Source of the DNA: Desulfocapsa sulfexigens DSM 10523
GTDB taxonomy: Bacteria; Desulfobacterota; Desulfobulbia; Desulfobulbales; Desulfocapsaceae
Assembly: GCF_000341395.1 (NCBI RefSeq)
Contig: NC_020304.1
Location: forward strand, 450,001 to 482,000
Direction of reading: 5' to 3'
DNA: 32,000 nucleotides
Numbering within the stretch: position 1 is the stretch's first letter; every line of letters starts with the position of its first letter. The notes beneath the pieces were generated by a model. The model did not search any database and was not told where the DNA came from. It worked only from the letters and a program-made list of their open reading frames with translations. Made by a program: the position numbers and the translations under genes. Below are positions 17,233 through 26,569 of the stretch, in pieces.

Positions 17233-18923
17233 TACGGCGAGTATGTGGTGAACAGATTTTCACCCTGCAGACGAGCAGCCAATCCACTATGCCGTTGAAT
17301 TTTTCCGGCCACGGCCTGATCAAAAACGGAACGGATACTATTCACCTTCACCCTGTCTCGTGCCCGGGTAACCGCCGTATACAATAACTCTCTGGTGACA
17401 ACGGCCGATTCCCGGTCAGGAAGAACCACCAGGACCTCTCCTATTTCCGCCCCCTGACTCTTATGGATGGTGAGTGCATAGGCAGTCTCACAACTCTTCA
17501 ACCTGCCGGGAAGGAACCCCTGCAACGTGCCATCTGTTCTTTCAAACCAGACCTTTAAAACCTCAGGACTCTCTGGATCGGGAAGGCAAAGGCCGATATC
17601 CCCATTGTAGAGATCAAGCCCATATTCATTCCTGGTGACCATCACGGGTCGTCCGGGATACCACTCTGTTGTCGTACAGTTGTAGCCCTTTCCGCTCAGG
17701 TACTTTTCCACCGCCCTGTTCACCCCTTCTACCCCAAAAGGCCCATGACGCAGGGCACAGAGGATCTTGAATGAATGAAACACTTCAAACAATCCCCTAT
17801 ACTCCTCAACCCTTACAGCAGAAATAACAGCTTCCATATAGCCAGAGTAGTGCCTGCCACCGTACCCCGCCACATCATTTTCCAGCAGGGATACATTGTC
17901 TGGAGACTCGCCAACCATAATGTGCCAGGCCCGCAGGGAATCCCCCTCGTTGATGGCTTCGGCAAAGCGTTTTATTCCCCTGTCAAAACGATAGCTCCGT
18001 TGTAGTTCAACCGTGTTTTCGGGCAGGGCAGATATCATATCGGCAAGCACCGTACCAGATTCCACGGAGGCGAGTTGATCCTTGTCTCCAAGAAGAATCA
18101 GGCGACACCCCGGACGAAGAGCATTGACCAGTTTGCTCATAAGGGCCAGATCCACCATGGAGGCTTCATCAACCACCACCACATCGTGAAGTAATGGGTT
18201 TTCTGCATTGTGATGAAAAAATGGTGAAAAATGTTTTACCACCAGGAGCCGGTGCAGAGTAGAAGCCTTTTCCGGGATGTTTCTTACAATGGAGTCTTCA
18301 AGACTAAGGCCCTGAACTGAATTCCGTATGGATTCCTGAAGTCGCATGGCAGCCTTTCCCGTAGGAGCAGTAAGAGCAACCTTCAAGCCGCCAGCGGACG
18401 CGCTCTGAAGCAGGGCAAGAATCTTCACCACGGTGGTGGTCTTTCCCGTTCCCGGCCCTCCTGAAATAATCAGAAGATTCTGCTTTAAGGCCTGAACGGC
18501 TGCAAGCCTCTGAAAGTCCATCTCATTATCTGTTTGTACTCCAAACAGGGTATCAAGCAGCAGCTCATTGAGAGGGAGTTTTTGAGAATCTGCAACAAAT
18601 GTTGCAATTCTGGCAGCAAGAGTCTGCTCATAGTCAAACATCCGCCTAAGATAGAGACGAGTTCCCGCAAGACACAATGGTTTGTTTCCAGCCTCATACT
18701 CCCCTTCCCACGCAAGAGCTGACTTCGAGATAAGCCTCGCCTCAATATTCGTTACAGGAAGAAAGGAATCCCCGGCAGCCAGGCTTATCGACAGCCTGCA
18801 GACAATATCCTGAAACTGTTCATGATCCTGCCCCGTAAGTCCGGATCGATTGGCCAGGAATTTTGCAAATTGACTGTCCAGCAGACGAACTGTTTTCTCC
18901 AGCATCATTTCGCCCCAAGACAA
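17229..18923 (-). CDS. recD: Exodeoxyribonuclease V alpha subunit RecD
   Basis: Walker A ISGGPGTGKTTTV, Walker B VVVDEASMVD, and the C-terminal SF1 helicase motifs YALTIHKSQGAE and VAVTRAR-like (TAVTRARDRV). It overlaps the recB 3-prime end by 19 nt. Confidence 0.9.
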   Translation of the reverse strand: MSWGEMMLEKTVRLLDSQFAKFLANRSGLTGQDHEQFQDIVCRLSISLAAGDSFLPVTNIEARLISKSALAWEGEYEAGNKPLCLAGTRLYLRRMFDYEQTLAARIATFVADSQKLPLNELLLDTLFGVQTDNEMDFQRLAAVQALKQNLLIISGGPGTGKTTTVVKILALLQSASAGGLKVALTAPTGKAAMRLQESIRNSVQGLSLEDSIVRNIPEKASTLHRLLVVKHFSPFFHHNAENPLLHDVVVVDEASMVDLALMSKLVNALRPGCRLILLGDKDQLASVESGTVLADMISALPENTVELQRSYRFDRGIKRFAEAINEGDSLRAWHIMVGESPDNVSLLENDVAGYGGRHYSGYMEAVISAVRVEEYRGLFEVFHSFKILCALRHGPFGVEGVNRAVEKYLSGKGYNCTTTEWYPGRPVMVTRNEYGLDLYNGDIGLCLPDPESPEVLKVWFERTDGTLQGFLPGRLKSCETAYALTIHKSQGAEIGEVLVVLPDRESAVVTRELLYTAVTRARDRVKVNSIRSVFDQAVAGKIQRHSGLAARLQGENLFTTYSPY

Positions 18924-21900
18924 TCGTAGAGTTTATCAAGCACATCCAGTGACGGCCTGTCAGAAAACAGACCATTTCCCGGACAATCGGGACGCATCCC
19001 CCTGGCAAAAAGATAAAAAACTCCTCCAAAATCTCTTTCATACTCATAGCCTGAAAGAGTGGTCAGCAAATAGCGGTGGAGCACCAGCGTATAGATCCAG
19101 TACTGGAGACCATAGTTATGGTCATACATGGCGGCCACCAGCTGCTTTTCACCGTAGTCAGATACATAAGGCCCAAGATAATTGGTTTTATAATCCATGA
19201 CATAATACTTTCCACGATGCCGGCAGACAAGATCAATAAAACCGGTAAGGTACCCCTGCAAACTTTTCTCCTGAACGGGTTGTACCACCGTAGAGAATTG
19301 CAGTAATTTATTGATTCCTTCCGTGGACCCCTCGCGAAGATGGAAATAAAAGGGCATCTCTTTTAAGACATCCTTTTCATGAAGATCCGACAGGGCAAAC
19401 ATTTTTTTTCCATCTGGTCGCTGGAGCGGTGTTCTTGTCACATCCCGCAGCAGATTCATCAGCTGATCACTTTCTGCCATCACCCCAAAGCGACTGCACT
19501 GCCCCTGACATTCAGTTTCATAATCAGTCTCCCCTGCCAACATGGAAAAGGAATAATCTTCCAGCAAACCATGCACCACGTTGCCAAGGCCTGCCCCCAG
19601 AGGAAGTGGATGAATCTTTGGCGACTCATTTTCACTCACTGGTACTTTCTCTTCAGGAACTCCCCCGGCAAGCAGATGTCCGGATCCGGCGAGAGCCGTA
19701 TAACTGGTCATCAACCATTCTCCAGGAAGCGATGTTCTGGAAAATACTCTGCAGGAAAGATCCGGCGGCTTTGCGGCAGCCACATGCCATGGCTCGTCTT
19801 CAATAAGGGCAGACACGGATTGAAGCTCCACGGAATCATCGACACAAAGTTGCCGAAAGCCTTCAGTCTGCTTAGATATCCCCCGACACTCCTGCAACGA
19901 CAGAACCCAGGCCAGTGCAGACTCGCTCGACGGCATATCAAAACGACTGCCACGAACATCGGCCCAGAACACATAACAGCGACTGCTTGCCCGTGTCACC
20001 GCCACATAAAGCAGTCTTGCCTCTTCTGCCAGCTCCTCACTCAAGGCAGTTTCACGCCTCTTTTGAAAATGTGCAGATCCAAGATCTGCCACCCGCCTGT
20101 TCTGGTCGTCGTGATAGGAAATGCAGTGTTTTTCCTGTTTAAGAAAACCAGGCCGATACCAGAGATAGGGACAGAAGACGACAGGGTACTCAAGGCCTTT
20201 CACTGCATGCATGGTCACCACCTTAACGGCCTGTTCATCACTTTCAAGACGCAGCTGGGCATGTTCGTGAGTCTCGGCAGATTCCATCTCCGTCGCCAGG
20301 TATTGAAGGGTATGGAAGAGATGGAGATTATCCGCACTTTCTTTCTCCTGAAGCAGTTCGACAAGGTGCTGTATATTGGAAATCTGCCGTTCCGCCAGAG
20401 GAAGGGCGCAGAGGGTCTCAAAAACTGATTCGCGGACAAAAAGGCTGTTCATCATCGCAAGAAAGCCCTTTTCCTGCCAGAGACGATTATAGTCATGGAA
20501 ACGCTCAAGCCACCCTTCCATAATCTGTTCATCATGTACCTGCTCATACAGTTCAGGGCCATTCATCCCAAACCACCTGCTACTCATGGCACTGCGCAGC
20601 AGCCGAACATCGGAGGGCATGGCAACGGCTTCCGCCACCCGCTGCAGGTCACGACATTCTGGTGTTTCAAAAACGGTTTTCCTGCTGAAGACAATGGCCG
20701 GAATGCCGCCACGCGCCAGGGATTCTTGAAAGGATTCGGCCTGTTTGTTACTGCGAACAAGGATGGCAATATCCCCTGCAGTTATCCCTCTTTTTTCACC
20801 CGTATCCGTAAGCAGAGATCCACCATGAAGCAGCTTCCTGATTTCAGCTGCCACATAGAGTTCGAGCCGCTCTCTAATCTTCCCCGAAGTCCATGGCGTC
20901 ACCCCGTCTTCTTCGGGAGATTCGAGACTGCAGTAGACCATAGCTGCCTGCACTCTGTCATCCTGCCACAATTTCCAGCAGTCACCCGATTTTGCTGCAT
21001 CCACACGGTTATAGCTGAGCTCGGGACTGACAAAGGCATCCTCTTTCTGAAGAAAGAGCCTATTCACAGCAGCAACCAGCAACGGATTGGAGCGATAATT
21101 TCTCTCAAGCCCCAGAAGATAGTCCGCAGACCTTCTCGCCTGGAAATAGGCGGCAATATCCGCTCCCCGGAACTTATAAATGGCCTGTTTGGGATCACCA
21201 ATAAGATAGAGGAAATGGTGTTTGCTGCTTCCACCAAAAAGGCTCGAGAAGATACGATACTGGGCAGCATCGGTATCCTGAAATTCATCGATCAACGCAA
21301 CCTGAAACCGCCCGGCCAGCACCCGTTGCAGATCTTCTCGTCTTGGACCATCGAGAGCCTGCGCCAAAGAAACAACGAGGTCGTCAAAAGAAAAACGTCC
21401 CTGAGAAAGCAGCCGTTCCCGAAGCCCTCCCTGTAATTCAAGAGCCAGATTGATACGGAAGACCAGAACAGCATTTTTACAGCTTTCCAGAAACGAATCA
21501 ACGATACTGTCCGCCAGGGGAAAATCCTCCAGAAAGGCCTCTTTCTTTGCTGCCCCACGCAGTTTCGTACCATTCAGTTCATCCATAAGGGGCGTACGTC
21601 CGAAAAACTCAAGCCTGGGTGGCAGGCGGCGTTCAGTTCCACTAAAAAACCGCCCGCATTGCTGCCACCACTGTTCAAAGTTTTCCGCAAAAGGCTTTTT
21701 GAACTTTCCCTCATCCAGGGCCTTCGAAAAAGAGTCATAAAGGGCGTCTGATTTTTCATTCCACCAGTCAACAAGTTCTGTTAAGGCAGTATCCACTGAC
21801 ATCAGAGACTCAGGAACAGAGATTCGATCAGCGGGCTCAATGCAATCTTCAGCTCCAACTCCTTTAACGGTTTCATACAGGGAATCGGGGTCGGAAAAAT

Positions 21901-22435
21901 GACTGAGAAAGAGGGAGCAGTGAAAATCAGACAGTTCATACATCTGCCTCCGCCAGTAGTCGGCCACCAGTTCACTTCGTATCTTACTGACATCGGCAGT
22001 AAGCTCCATATCAAAAAGCTGTCCCGACTCCAGGGCCTGCTCCTGAAGCATTCGCTGGCAAAAACCATGAATGGTAAAAACCGCCGCCCGATCCATATCG
22101 AGAAGGGCAATTTCAAGGCGGGCAATGGCAAGGGCTTTATTAGGAAGATTATCCAGATAGGCAAGCAGTGCCGGATCGTCGCCACTCCTGGAGCCGTCGG
22201 TCAGAATATTTCTGGCCTCAAGCAATCGGGTACGAATTCTTGACCGCAGTTCTTCGGTTGCGGCACGGGTGTAGCTGACCACCAGCAACTCTTCCACAGC
22301 CACCTCAAATTCCACGACAAACCGCAGCACCAGCATGGCAATGGCATATGTTTTCCCTGTTCCGGCGCTGGCCTCAACCACATTAACGCCCCTGTTAAGA
22401 ACAGCGGATGCGGCATCAAATGAGTTCACTGACAT
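18905..22435 (-). CDS. recB: Exodeoxyribonuclease V beta subunit RecB (UvrD-like helicase + PD-(D/E)XK nuclease)
   Basis: VEASAGTGKTYAIA, LIDEFQDTD, YRSNP and a C-terminal nuclease motif GFIDLVCRHRGKYYVMDYKTN. The likely start is the ATG at 22435 (MSVNSFDAAS...), overlapping recC by 20 nt. The 37 extra residues in the ORF track (to 22546) lie inside recC and are not RecB-like. Confidence 0.9.
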   Translation of the reverse strand: MSVNSFDAASAVLNRGVNVVEASAGTGKTYAIAMLVLRFVVEFEVAVEELLVVSYTRAATEELRSRIRTRLLEARNILTDGSRSGDDPALLAYLDNLPNKALAIARLEIALLDMDRAAVFTIHGFCQRMLQEQALESGQLFDMELTADVSKIRSELVADYWRRQMYELSDFHCSLFLSHFSDPDSLYETVKGVGAEDCIEPADRISVPESLMSVDTALTELVDWWNEKSDALYDSFSKALDEGKFKKPFAENFEQWWQQCGRFFSGTERRLPPRLEFFGRTPLMDELNGTKLRGAAKKEAFLEDFPLADSIVDSFLESCKNAVLVFRINLALELQGGLRERLLSQGRFSFDDLVVSLAQALDGPRREDLQRVLAGRFQVALIDEFQDTDAAQYRIFSSLFGGSSKHHFLYLIGDPKQAIYKFRGADIAAYFQARRSADYLLGLERNYRSNPLLVAAVNRLFLQKEDAFVSPELSYNRVDAAKSGDCWKLWQDDRVQAAMVYCSLESPEEDGVTPWTSGKIRERLELYVAAEIRKLLHGGSLLTDTGEKRGITAGDIAILVRSNKQAESFQESLARGGIPAIVFSRKTVFETPECRDLQRVAEAVAMPSDVRLLRSAMSSRWFGMNGPELYEQVHDEQIMEGWLERFHDYNRLWQEKGFLAMMNSLFVRESVFETLCALPLAERQISNIQHLVELLQEKESADNLHLFHTLQYLATEMESAETHEHAQLRLESDEQAVKVVTMHAVKGLEYPVVFCPYLWYRPGFLKQEKHCISYHDDQNRRVADLGSAHFQKRRETALSEELAEEARLLYVAVTRASSRCYVFWADVRGSRFDMPSSESALAWVLSLQECRGISKQTEGFRQLCVDDSVELQSVSALIEDEPWHVAAAKPPDLSCRVFSRTSLPGEWLMTSYTALAGSGHLLAGGVPEEKVPVSENESPKIHPLPLGAGLGNVVHGLLEDYSFSMLAGETDYETECQGQCSRFGVMAESDQLMNLLRDVTRTPLQRPDGKKMFALSDLHEKDVLKEMPFYFHLREGSTEGINKLLQFSTVVQPVQEKSLQGYLTGFIDLVCRHRGKYYVMDYKTNYLGPYVSDYGEKQLVAAMYDHNYGLQYWIYTLVLHRYLLTTLSGYEYERDFGGVFYLFARGMRPDCPGNGLFSDRPSLDVLDKLYDCLGAK

Positions 22436-25400
22436 ATGCCCTCTTCCAGATAGACTCGTAAAACCAGTCACAGAGATCAATAAATTCCTGCTCCAGAAAA
22501 CTGTCCGCACTCCGTCCCTGGTAGAGCAATTCCCATTCGGCTTCAAAGCCCCTGTTCAAGGAATCTTCAACAGACTTAATGGCCCTGGAAATGGGAGCGG
22601 TTCTTCCGCCATTTTCATTCTTTGCACTCTGTACGGCGTAGGCAAAGACAGCCTCAACCATCAGGATAGATGGAGTCTGCTGTCCCCTTTGAAAGAGGGA
22701 GAGCAACTCCTGAAGATCCTCTGCCGTTGCACTGGCAGCAGGAAAAACAAGCTCGACATCTTTAGCCAACAACCTGGTTTCCCTGGCATCGTCAAGGCAG
22801 ATAGCAGAGAGACAGTGATGAAGCCAGGCAGCAAAAACATCCTGCCCCTTCAGCAAAGTATAACGAAACAGAAAGGAGCCATTCGAATAGAAAGAACTCA
22901 TCCTCCCGGATATATGAAAACCACAGAATTCGCCATCGAGAAACCTGTCCTCTTCACTCCCGAACGCCTTCCGGGTGGCGACACGATCCACAAAAGTTTG
23001 CAGTTCCTCCCGCTTTTCTGAAAAACTGATATTCCCCGGTGTGCCAAGAGGCCATTGCCCTGCTGCCTGAACCTGCTGCTGTAATAAGCGCTGTTCACTA
23101 CTACCGAGAAAACCATTGATCATATCCTGTTCCACCAGATACTTTTGAAGACTATCCAGGACAAAGGGTTCATGTTCCTCAACGGACAGGTTCTGTTGCC
23201 CAAGATGAATCCCCAGAATATCCCGAACAAAATATTTTTGTGGATTCCGGAAAAAAGATTTAAGTTCCGCCACACTGCAAACATCTTTTGCTTCGCCCTC
23301 GATTCTCCCCTGCCACCATGGATCAGGAGTATCATGTTTTCCATGCAGGGCCGAACCGACCTCCATCAGCTGACGATTATAACTGAACAGTGAACCAGAA
23401 CCATCAAAGTACGTTGAGGAAAACCCGTGAAGCGGATGAACATCTACCAACGAATCCACGCCATAGACCCGTAAAATATCCAGCAGCTCGGAAACAACAA
23501 CCGAGGGAGGCAGGGTATCATTACTGCGAATGGACTGTCCGATGTAGCTGATATAGAGACTTCCGCGTGCTGAAAGAATCGCCTCCAGAAACTGATACCT
23601 GTCATCACTCCTGCGAGATCTGTCTCCAGGAACAGGTTTTTCCCCCAGCAGGTCAAATGGTGGATGAAAATCATTTTTGGGAAAGACGGTGTCATTGAGC
23701 CCAAGCAGGCAAACCTTCTGAAACGGAATGGAGCGCATGGGCAGCATGGAACAGAATGTCAACTGACCGCGTAAAAAACCTGCACTGGATCGTTTTTCCT
23801 CAACAGCCCCCTGCAACCAGGAACGAATCACCTCAAAACTGACCCCTTTTTGGTGTACATTACCATATTCCTGACCCAGATCGGTAAGTACCCCGTACAG
23901 TTCTACCAGACCATCATTGTTTTCGGTCACAAACAGACGGTCTGCAAAACCGCTCAAAAGTACGGCCCATTCTCCAAGGCTGTGAAGCCCTGCGAATTGC
24001 TGTGCGGCTTGTTCAAGAAGGTCACAGAAAAATGACAGGCCACCGAGGGCAGCAGCCATTCCTCCCTCAATATCCGGGTATGGCAGAATGCCATCCACAT
24101 CACCGCTCTCGGCAGTTGCATAGCCCATCAATAAACGGTCAAGGCCACTCTCCCAGGTGCACTCGTTTTTTCCCGGCAACCCCATATCCCGTTTCTGCCT
24201 TCCTGACAGACCCCAGCGAATACCGGATGAAACGACCCAGTGGCGAATCAGCTCCAGCTCATCCTCATGAATGTCAAATCGGGGATACACCTCTTTACGC
24301 CCGAGGAGATCAAGGACCTCACTCCAGCCAAAACGACTAGAGCAGAGACTCAGGAACTGGAGATAGACGGCAAGGAATGGATTGCTCTGGGCGGGATTTC
24401 TGTCTGCAATGGAGTGTGGAATATCATGAAAAACGGCGGGAATCATCCCGCTGTACTCCTGAATATCGGGAGCCATAACCACAATGTCCTTCAGTGCCAG
24501 ATCCGGATCTTCATCCAGCCAGTGTAAAATACGATCCTTTAAGATCATCAGCTCACGGTGAGGGGAGTGAGCGGAAACAACAACCACGGAATCATCCTTC
24601 GCAAGAGGTACGGAAAGTGGTGTCAGTTCACCCTTCAGGAGGTCTGACTGCACTCTGTGGAGCAGGCACGGCTTGCTGTGATCCAGGGGGTCGGCAAAAC
24701 TCTTGAACTCGCCCGCAAACAGAATATCCTCCAGGAGCATATTCTGGAACTCCCTACCCTGCTGAGAAAGAGAGGTAAGAAGCGGATGACTTGTCAGGCC
24801 TTGTTCTAAAACCTGTTTCCCATCTCTGAGAGCAGAGATATTCTTTTTCAGCTGTACCTGTTCACTCAGTTGATCACCCCAGAAAATCTCACAGGGAGAC
24901 AGGAGATACAAATGAACATCGCAGTGTGCCGCCAAAGCCTGCAGACAGTTCAACAGAACCGGTGGAAGGCTGTGCAGGCCGAACACCGAAAGACGCCTGG
25001 GCAACAATGAACCGTGATCGGCATCCGTTGCCAGGATATCGATAAAATCTCGCAGAAACCGACCACGATGCCTTGAATGGCCAATACCATCACGGAGCAT
25101 ATTCCAGAGTTCCATCTGGTACACTTCGGCAGGATTATTCGTGGCAGTTTTTCCATTTTCCCAGCCCTCAATCATGGCAAAGCGCATAATCTGATACTGA
25201 TCGAAAATATTTGCCAGCTGCTGGGCTAGCTGATACCGCTTCATGCCGTTTGTATCACCGGACACATAGCGCCCCACTGCTGCAAATTTCTCGTCTTCAG
25301 GGCTGAGATCGCGAAAAATGTTTTCAAGATGCCAGCAGATTCTATCCCGTGCATACTCTTCCGGCCCGGATTCCACCCCGAGACGATCAGCCATCAAGGC

Positions 25401-25607
25401 AAAAAAACGGGTGGGCAGCATATATTCATAGTTGCACCATGAGACAAATCGCTGCGCCAGATTCTGGGAAAGCATACGCTCCATCCCCTGACTCTGGATG
25501 AGGAAATACTCGGGACTGAAGGGATCACGGTCATCGTCAAGCCGCAACACTTCAGCGAGCTGATGAATAAGATTTTCAGTTCTGTTAGAGAGGTGGAGAT
25601 AGAACAT
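22416..25607 (-). CDS. recC: Exodeoxyribonuclease V gamma subunit RecC
   Basis: 1063 aa with the N-terminus MFYLHLSNRTENLIHQLAEVL, typical of RecC. Its size and its position immediately upstream of recB-recD support the call. Confidence 0.9.
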   Translation of the reverse strand: MFYLHLSNRTENLIHQLAEVLRLDDDRDPFSPEYFLIQSQGMERMLSQNLAQRFVSWCNYEYMLPTRFFALMADRLGVESGPEEYARDRICWHLENIFRDLSPEDEKFAAVGRYVSGDTNGMKRYQLAQQLANIFDQYQIMRFAMIEGWENGKTATNNPAEVYQMELWNMLRDGIGHSRHRGRFLRDFIDILATDADHGSLLPRRLSVFGLHSLPPVLLNCLQALAAHCDVHLYLLSPCEIFWGDQLSEQVQLKKNISALRDGKQVLEQGLTSHPLLTSLSQQGREFQNMLLEDILFAGEFKSFADPLDHSKPCLLHRVQSDLLKGELTPLSVPLAKDDSVVVVSAHSPHRELMILKDRILHWLDEDPDLALKDIVVMAPDIQEYSGMIPAVFHDIPHSIADRNPAQSNPFLAVYLQFLSLCSSRFGWSEVLDLLGRKEVYPRFDIHEDELELIRHWVVSSGIRWGLSGRQKRDMGLPGKNECTWESGLDRLLMGYATAESGDVDGILPYPDIEGGMAAALGGLSFFCDLLEQAAQQFAGLHSLGEWAVLLSGFADRLFVTENNDGLVELYGVLTDLGQEYGNVHQKGVSFEVIRSWLQGAVEEKRSSAGFLRGQLTFCSMLPMRSIPFQKVCLLGLNDTVFPKNDFHPPFDLLGEKPVPGDRSRRSDDRYQFLEAILSARGSLYISYIGQSIRSNDTLPPSVVVSELLDILRVYGVDSLVDVHPLHGFSSTYFDGSGSLFSYNRQLMEVGSALHGKHDTPDPWWQGRIEGEAKDVCSVAELKSFFRNPQKYFVRDILGIHLGQQNLSVEEHEPFVLDSLQKYLVEQDMINGFLGSSEQRLLQQQVQAAGQWPLGTPGNISFSEKREELQTFVDRVATRKAFGSEEDRFLDGEFCGFHISGRMSSFYSNGSFLFRYTLLKGQDVFAAWLHHCLSAICLDDARETRLLAKDVELVFPAASATAEDLQELLSLFQRGQQTPSILMVEAVFAYAVQSAKNENGGRTAPISRAIKSVEDSLNRGFEAEWELLYQGRSADSFLEQEFIDLCDWFYESIWKRAYVSELI

Positions 25608-25643
25608 ACATTCAAAAAATGAGGTTGGAATACTCAGGAGTTT

Positions 25644-25671
25644 CTTGACTCAGAAACCTTTATAGTTACAA
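25644..25671 (+). promoter_or_regulatory. Sigma-70-like promoter candidate for the GNAT gene
   Basis: TTGACT (25644-25649), a 16-nt spacer, then TACAAT (25666-25671), about 45 nt before the ATG at 25717. Confidence 0.35.
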
Positions 25672-25716
25672 TACAGCAACCAGCAGCACACAACAATAAC
25701 ATATACTCCTCTTCCA

Positions 25717-26220
25717 ATGACCATGCAAATACGTATTGCCAGACCGACTGACCTTGAACAGATTGTAAGCATCTACAATCAAGCGGTTGCCGAGGGGAAC
25801 TGTACCGCTGACACCGAAGCACTCACCGTTGCTGATCGTCGGGAATGGTTTGCAGAGCACAGCCCTGAAAAATATCCTATTTATGTTATTGCAGAAGAGG
25901 CAACTGCCCCCATCATCGGCTGGTGCAGTCTCAGCGCCCACCGCAAGGGAAGGATGGCATTAGCGAATGTGGCTGAAATAAGCTACTACGTGAACAAAAA
26001 CCATAGAGAAAAAGGAGTTGGCAGACAACTTATGCGCCACGCATTAGAAAAGGCACCAACACTTGGCCTTCACAACCTCTTTGCCATTCTCCTTGACACA
26101 AATAAGATCAGTGTTGATTTTCTTGAAAAAAACGGATTTTCACGGTGGGGCCACCTTCCTGATATCGCAGAATTTCCGAACAGAGTTTGCGGCCAGTATA
26201 TTTATGGCCGGAAGGTGTGA
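25717..26220 (+). CDS. GNAT family N-acetyltransferase, phosphinothricin / methionine-sulfoximine acetyltransferase-like
   Basis: 167 aa. IRIARPTDLEQIVSIYNQAV..GNCTADTE...R.EWF..H...YPIYV and NHREKGVGRQLM (acetyl-CoA P-loop-like Q/RxxGxG) are as in PAT/MddA-type enzymes. Confidence 0.8.
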   Translation: MTMQIRIARPTDLEQIVSIYNQAVAEGNCTADTEALTVADRREWFAEHSPEKYPIYVIAEEATAPIIGWCSLSAHRKGRMALANVAEISYYVNKNHREKGVGRQLMRHALEKAPTLGLHNLFAILLDTNKISVDFLEKNGFSRWGHLPDIAEFPNRVCGQYIYGRKV

Positions 26221-26283
26221 CATTACTTTCAGGTACTCGAGAAACGTATTACAAATGAGTTTTATTTACCTGATTACCACTGA

Positions 26284-26306
26284 TCCTCAGCCTAACCGCC
26301 TGAGGA
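26284..26306 (+). terminator. Weak stem-loop downstream of the GNAT gene
   Basis: TCCTCAG / CTGAGGA forms a 7-bp stem with a 9-nt loop, followed by GGAGTTGTTTCGTGTTG, which is only moderately T-rich. Confidence 0.25.
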
Positions 26307-26322
26307 GGAGTTGTTTCGTGTT

Positions 26323-26397
26323 GATTATATGGGCATCTGCGGCCTGGACGGCCGCAGCAGAGGCCCCAGGGATGGGTTTATGGCGTCCCATATAATC
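26323..26397. repeat. 75-bp nested inverted-repeat element (outer 11-bp IR enclosing an 8-bp GC hairpin)
   Basis: The outer IR GATTATATGGG (26323-26333) pairs with CCCATATAATC (26387-26397). The inner hairpin is CTGCGGCC-TGGAC-GGCCGCAG (26337-26357). A small CCCA-GGGA-TGGG hairpin follows it. Confidence 0.5.
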
Positions 26398-26419
26398 GAC
26401 ACGGAACAGCTCCGGGTTG

Positions 26420-26509
26420 CAAAGCTGAGTTTCGATGGTAATCAGATTTATTTATCACGTAACTCTCTCATTTTAAAACCTATTTCTTACAATAAAAAAA
26501 CTTTGCACA
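26420..26509 (-). pseudogene. Decayed 3-prime fragment of a TolC-family outer membrane gene
   Basis: 26479-26509 matches 29587-29620 (inside the intact tolC-like gene) at 30/31 positions plus one 3-nt indel. The corresponding frame reads VQSFFIVRNRF* versus VQRDFFIVSNRYQ. The flank toward lower coordinates keeps roughly 55-60% identity by eye (AATG, CTGATT and AAAC blocks in register) and contains in-frame stops. Confidence 0.45.
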
Positions 26510-26569
26510 GTATAAAGCTTGATATCGCTCAAGATCGTAGTGTCTTTTCATATAACTCTTCCAACTTCC

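Noticed and set aside
19379-21436. Two long plus-strand ORFs (349 aa and 313 aa) inside recB. Similar antisense ORFs occur at 2299-2955 (in U32), 7915-8706 (in the CN-hydrolase gene) and 13891-14529 (in the PBP/kinase genes).
   Set aside because: The two recB-internal ORFs were checked and lie in the codon-aligned antisense frame of a well-supported gene; the other three are assumed to be the same kind of shadow ORF. All have low-complexity, motif-free translations and no RBS context.
22436-22546. 37-residue N-terminal extension of recB in the ORF track (start at 22546).
   Set aside because: The extension lies wholly inside the recC 3-prime end and is not RecB-like. The ATG at 22435 gives MSVNSF...VEASAGTGKTY at the normal distance from the N-terminus.
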